Positions 57,901-63,900 of a stretch of 64,000 bases of DNA are shown one piece after another. The position numbers and the translations under genes were made by a program. The stretch covers positions 5,302 to 69,301 of the forward strand of contig JAQUOV010000003.1 in the NCBI GenBank assembly GCA_028716965.1, written 5' to 3'. Positions within the stretch are counted from its first letter, which is position 1. Each line of letters starts with the position of its first letter. Source of the DNA: Candidatus Omnitrophota bacterium (GTDB taxonomy: Bacteria; Omnitrophota; Gorgyraeia; Gygaellales; Profunditerraquicolaceae). The notes below the pieces were generated by a model. It saw nothing but the letters and a program-made list of their open reading frames with translations. It had not been told where the DNA came from and ran no database searches.

Positions 57901-60900
57901 CGCTTTCGCATCATATTCCCGCAGGTATTCAAGTTTTTCCCATTGCCTCTTAGCAAAGAATCCTTTGCGCTGCTCTTTTGTTAATTTATGACAGAGGGCT
58001 GCCAAAATTATTTTTACCGGCATCCTCCATATCGCTAAGGTCAAGGCTACCTTCAGGGCATGTTCAAAATATGTGTCCTTGGAAAGGAATGCTTTACCGC
58101 CGTACTCTTTTTTGACTGCCCAGGCCCCCGCCGTAACAGCCCTTGCCTGCGCAGGGCTATAGTTTACCCATACTTCTTTCTTCAGCCGTCTAAAAATACG
58201 CTCTTCCTTCGGAGTAAAAGAACCCGTGGAAAGGACAACTGGAGAACTACTTCTAATTCCCCTCTTTCGTTCCTGCTTAAACGAATCTATTATTTGCCGT
58301 AATTCCGAGGCGTCTGCCTCGCAAGCGCATTCAGGCAACACGAATTTACGCCACAGCTTACCCTCCGATTCAGCCAATAATTCTCTATAATGACTGACGG
58401 ATAGAATACGCTGGCGCACCCATGAGGCCGCTATTTCTTTAACCCCTTCTTCGGAGACCCCTTCATAGACGCGCTCTACATGATAATAGTACCCTCTTCT
58501 CACAAATTCCGTTGAACAGCTGACAAATCTAGGACAAGAAAAATCAATTGATTTGACCTCTTCTAGGCCTAAATTTAAATATTCATAGATAACACACTTC
58601 CCAGCTTGCGCTATTGCAGATGCAATAATCTTTTCAATTTCATCAGGGTTATTAGTTCCTTCCGCTATCTTCATTAAGAATTCTTTCAATATATGCGTAG
58701 AATAGCCTGCTTCAATTGCAAATAATAGATAATTTATGTACCTTTCTTTTGCCGCTATTTCGCCTTCTTCAAAACCGCTCCTTAACTTATTTGACTGCGG
58801 AATACCAGATACACGCTCTATGGTAGCAGCAAGGCCAGGGAATAAGAAAACAATAACCCCCGCTATTACTGCCAGTAAAACGTATCCTGGCGTAATATTA
58901 CAAATTTCAGAAATCGAACAAAGGTAATCAATAGACAGGATTCCGATACACCCCAAAACTAGATATCTGAGGGTATCAGAGGAAACCGGGCTGGCAGAAT
59001 GCTGCCTTCGCGGAAGCTCGCTTCTTTCAAGCCCTTCCATGACCATATCCGATATTTCTTCTGCAAAGATATCTGGATTACCGGCAATATGCTGCTCAAA
59101 AGAACGGGTGGATAAGATACTCATCCCTGTCCTATGCGCAACAAATCTCTTTAAGTTAGGATTGCCGACAAGGCACTCCCCGTATGGAACCAGCCAGCTT
59201 ATAACAGGAACGGGCCTCTGTTTCCCCGCTTGGCTATCTTCAACTGCCAAAGCCAGATCCGTGACAACAAATACGAAATTATTTTCCGATATTACCCCGG
59301 GCATGAGCCGGAAAATTACGGAGGGGAAATAATTGAACTTTATGTAACGTAATTGCGAAAGCACATTAAGGTATTCTTCCTCGGGGTCGAGAACTTCATC
59401 CGGATCCTGCGATGTTCTGCTTAACGGCTGATAAACTATTTCCGGAGTATAGGTTATATCAAACTTTGTTCTCGCCTTGCGATGTATGGCGCCGCATACT
59501 CTTTGCCTGTTTTCCCATAGAAGCGTTGTATCGTCTTTCGTGATAACCGCTATTGCCACCTTAAGGAATTCCTGACCTGATTCCATGGAATTGGGTAGAG
59601 CAGGACTGGATCCCCCCCTAGAGATCTCCTCCAACGCGTTGCGAATAATCTCAAACCCCCTGGCGACCTCCTTGGGGCCGATGTCTTTGCTTTCCAATAA
59701 ATCATCAATTGCAGCGATACCGAACCGTTTAAGAAATAACAGCTTGGGAAACAACCGCTTCTTAAAAATATATCCGTCGTCATAGTCGATATTACCTGCC
59801 AGGATTATCGCTTCCTGCAGCGCATTCTTATCGGCATCAGTGCAAAAATCATCGCATTCAAGCGCAACTCCATCTACAATATCCTGCAAGAATAGCAATA
59901 CCGTCTCAAGAGAAGTAAATGTGGTTATATCCGGATTATCTATGCCTGCGCCGACTATACCGATTATCTTTCCTTGGTATAATACCGGCCCGCCGCTTGT
60001 GCCGCATTCTGACCCGGTATCCAAACTCATACGCTGTTCAAAATGACCAAAGAGTATCTTTTCACCTGCCGATGCTATGCGCCCCTGATATAATCTCAAT
60101 GAATTTTTTCCGATTGGATATCCAAGGATAACTGCATGTTTTCCGCAAATAGCCTCTTTAGATACCAATGCCGCGTCTGCCAAAGATATAGTCCGTGTAT
60201 ATTCTTTCGCTATCCCCTGCTTTTTAATTCTTAATAAGGCTAAATCAACTGAAGAAGAGCGAAAAGTATCTGCTACGACCTCCGCCTGTACCTGTATCCC
60301 GTTCCGAAGCCTTACTGTGACATCGGGGTTATATTCCCTGCGTGTGAATGAAAATGGATTGGTTACGTGGGAAGCGGAAAGTATATAATAATGCTCCTCG
60401 CTTGCATGAAAGACCACCCCTGTCCCTTCTCCGATATCTGATATATCCCGTATCCCCAACTGCCTAAGCAGGAACCCCTGATCATCTTCTTCAATGCCGC
60501 CCCAGCCTATTCGGATCCTTACAACTCCATTTTGCATCCCCTTGATAAAAAACTTGGGGCCTAAATAATAAGCAGCCGTTATATTTGCCGGGCTGCCAGC
60601 GCTCCGTTTAGGATTTCTGGATATATCCCCTATCACCTCAATACTCATAGTGCCGGCAAGGGCTTTGCCCGGATTCAAAATTACGGGTGTTGCTTCTAAT
60701 ATTCTTTTCTCCGTGTATAGGTTAAACGCATCGGTAGCTGATGTCTGCGGCTCAATACAGATAGTATCCTTATCTGCGGGAGCATAAAATACAATATGCT
60801 TAAATACGGAGCTTTGGGTTACTTTGATGAGGATACCTTCGGCAGGATTATAGAGCAAAGATGTATCGTGGGACAAATCGGTAAAGGCATCATCGTAATT

Positions 60901-63900
60901 CAGTCCATTTAAATAGCGAAGATGCCCGAAATAAAAATCCCCTTCTGAGTAAACCGGAGGGCCGGTGGGCATCTGGTTGACGGATGGCCAGAGCTTTCTG
61001 ACCGGCAGCATAACCTGCCAATTTTGCCTTTGCGGCGTATTAAACCAGGGATGAAATGCCCAACTCATTAACAGAGGCTTGCTGTCAAAGCTTTTGACGT
61101 AAATAATAACGTCCAGTTTATTAGCTTTTAGCCGATAAGTTACTCTGGCTATGAATGCCCCAAAAAAATCCCTGATTGCCTTATGCGCCTGTTCTCTTGT
61201 GTCAAGAGAACAGCTGATAAACACTCCGCGGGCGTCTTTTCCCCATTGCCTGACTTCCCAGATGCGTTTACGAATAAGCCCATGGTAAATATGTTTGCCG
61301 CCGCGGATGTCATAAGTAGCTCCCTCATCTTCCAGACCGGACAAATCTACTATCCTGTCTTGTAAATCAATAAATTTGCTATCTCTAATCCTGTTCGCGA
61401 ATGGTCCCAGTATAGGGTTTCCTCCTGGATAAAAAAGTATCTCTCTGCCATCAACCATATAAGATATAGCCATTGCTCCTAGTCCAGGGACAATATCAAA
61501 TGAAGAGCCATAGGTTAAATCGGATGAACGGAAAATCCTCATGTTCATATGATTTTTGCGCTCCCACTCAATAAAAGTTTCCAAGCCCAAATTTGGCTCA
61601 TCCAATGGAGAAGAAACAGGTTCCTTATCAGCCCAAACCTGAAGCAATGTTCTGATTTTATTTATTCCGCGCGTAAATCCGTTCTGTTTTAGACTGTTCA
61701 TCTTTCTGACCGTCTTGCCTAATTCCAACAAAAGCAGCAGCAAATCCCTGGTTTTATCGCTATTACTATGCTTCAATACCATCTGACGTATAAAAGGGTT
61801 TTCTTCCATCTCCACTATCTTGCTTTTTTCACTAAGCATGCCATAAAGTTGATTTAATCCTTCCAGGTTAACTTTTTTTCCGTTAAAGATTACTGCCTCA
61901 AGAAGACTGGTTAATAAGTTCCGCATTAATCCTTCGATCGCTTGAATATCATTTTCAGAAGGCATTAGGCCGAGAAAATCTTGTTCGCCTATCCTGCTGC
62001 GGCTTAGTATCTTAAGCCTTGTTTCAACTATCCCCATTAAATCAACAATTCCCTCCCCGCGCTTAAGATAATCTTCCTTTAATAACCGGTATAAGTCAAA
62101 TACTTCATCTCTTTTAGATCTTCCCAATTTTATAATTAAGGAACGAAGAATTCCTTCCAGATCATTAATCCGGGAGGATAATAATCCTTCATTAATCCTT
62201 TGTTTTAGATTTCTCCATTCTATACGAAGCATTCTCTTGCGCAAATTTTCAATACTAGTCAAACATTCTATTTTTTTTGCAAAAACCCTTAACTCATTCT
62301 CAAGATTAACAAGATTGTCGCCTCCGGCAGGATGCGCCTGGCCTTTCATGATAAGCAGGCATCCCAACGGTGAAGCGGATGAATTTAAAGAGAAAAGGGT
62401 ATTAACGAGAATAAAATCCGCGGGGAGGTAAATATAAATAGGAAGCTTGCCTCCTTTTAGGCCTGAGGCGTACTCTTTTAATTCTGAGAGTCTGGAGACT
62501 ATATTTTGCACTAAATCCTGCGGCCCGTTTACCAATATTCCTGGTGTCAAGCCTATAAAATCAATTTCCGGCCTGTCTCCTATCGAAATTGCCTGATGAG
62601 CCCTTAGCTTAAAATATCCAAATGCATAGTTATGCATTAGCGGTGAGGGTTTGCCTATTTTTATATCCTGCTGGGTCAAAACCAGGCTAAATAGCTTATG
62701 AATATCCAACGCCCGTAATACATTCAGAGTAATCATCCTGCTATTGTTGCTTTCCATAATAAGGATAAATTCCCTTGATAGCTCTGCAAGTAAAGTTTTC
62801 AGCTCTTTATCAGGGCTAAAGTATTCTTTTGGGCGCAATTTCTTGCCCAACTCTTCAAAATAAGCATTTACATCCAAGCCAAAGAAACGCAACATCCCGG
62901 ACATGCTGTTTTTCTCAGTTTTTACTCTTTTTAAATCCTGCAATGTTACATCTCTTCTCCCTTGCCTGCGCAACTGCTCCAAGGCGAACTGGTAACATAT
63001 ATTCTTATTTGCATCGCTAAATTCCTTGTTCTTTATTAATGTGCCGCCCAGGTCGATGATCAACAGCCTGAAATCTACCGGAACAATATTAGCGCCGGCG
63101 GGCAATATTAGCGCGGAAGAACAAATTTTTCTTTTACCTATCGTGCCCTCCAAAACAATATGCCATCCTGAACCTTCTTTCTGCTCTGCGCTGAAATATT
63201 TTTTGAACCAGTTTTGGACTTTTACATTTGTCGTAAGGCTGAATATTTTCCACCCAAAATATCTTCCCTCAAGAAAAACCACGGTATTCTCGGTAATCTT
63301 AGACATAAACCCCTGATTCCGTAAGGCTATCTCTGCAATTGAACCGCTGCGCCCCAGCGTTCTTTTGCAGGAATTAACCCTCTCCTTATATAAATCTGTA
63401 TTTATATGGATAATAAACTCAAACTCTTCATTCTCTGCGTCACCCCGCAGAATCTTACGCAGATGCCATCTTATGCGCCAGGCCGCGTCAATAAGCATTA
63501 TATAGTCAACTTGATTACAACTCTGACTATGCACTTCCAGGGCAACAGCTAACAAAGTCTTCGGCGAAAATATCGATTTCCATCTTAAGGTTCTTTTCAA
63601 CTCTTTGCGCACATAGCGCAAGTCTCCGGAGATATCGGTAACAGGGACCGCTTTATCGTTATTCAGTTCTTTGAATGCCTCAAGTATTTCCTTGCTCCAA
63701 ATCCCGGACAGTTTTTCCACTGAAGTTCTAGTTATAGAAGATACCTGGCGACTTGCCAGCGCAGAAGAGCTGAATTTTATCAAAGAAAGGGCCTCCTGGA
63801 AAGAAACCAGGTAGATGTTGCCGCTTGAAGGAGATTGGGAAGGCAAATATCCATCTATAACGAAGATATCTCCTTCTACCCCCTCCCTTATAACCTCTCC

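Noticed and set aside
19000-63316. About 70 plus-strand ORFs of 60-184 aa antisense to the giant gene (for example 29621..30175, 34319..34828, 54749..55249).
   Set aside because: Their translations are low-complexity and rich in S/I/F/L with no motifs. They lie entirely inside a strongly supported 45-kb minus-strand CDS. They are most likely chance open frames on the antisense of an AT-rich gene.
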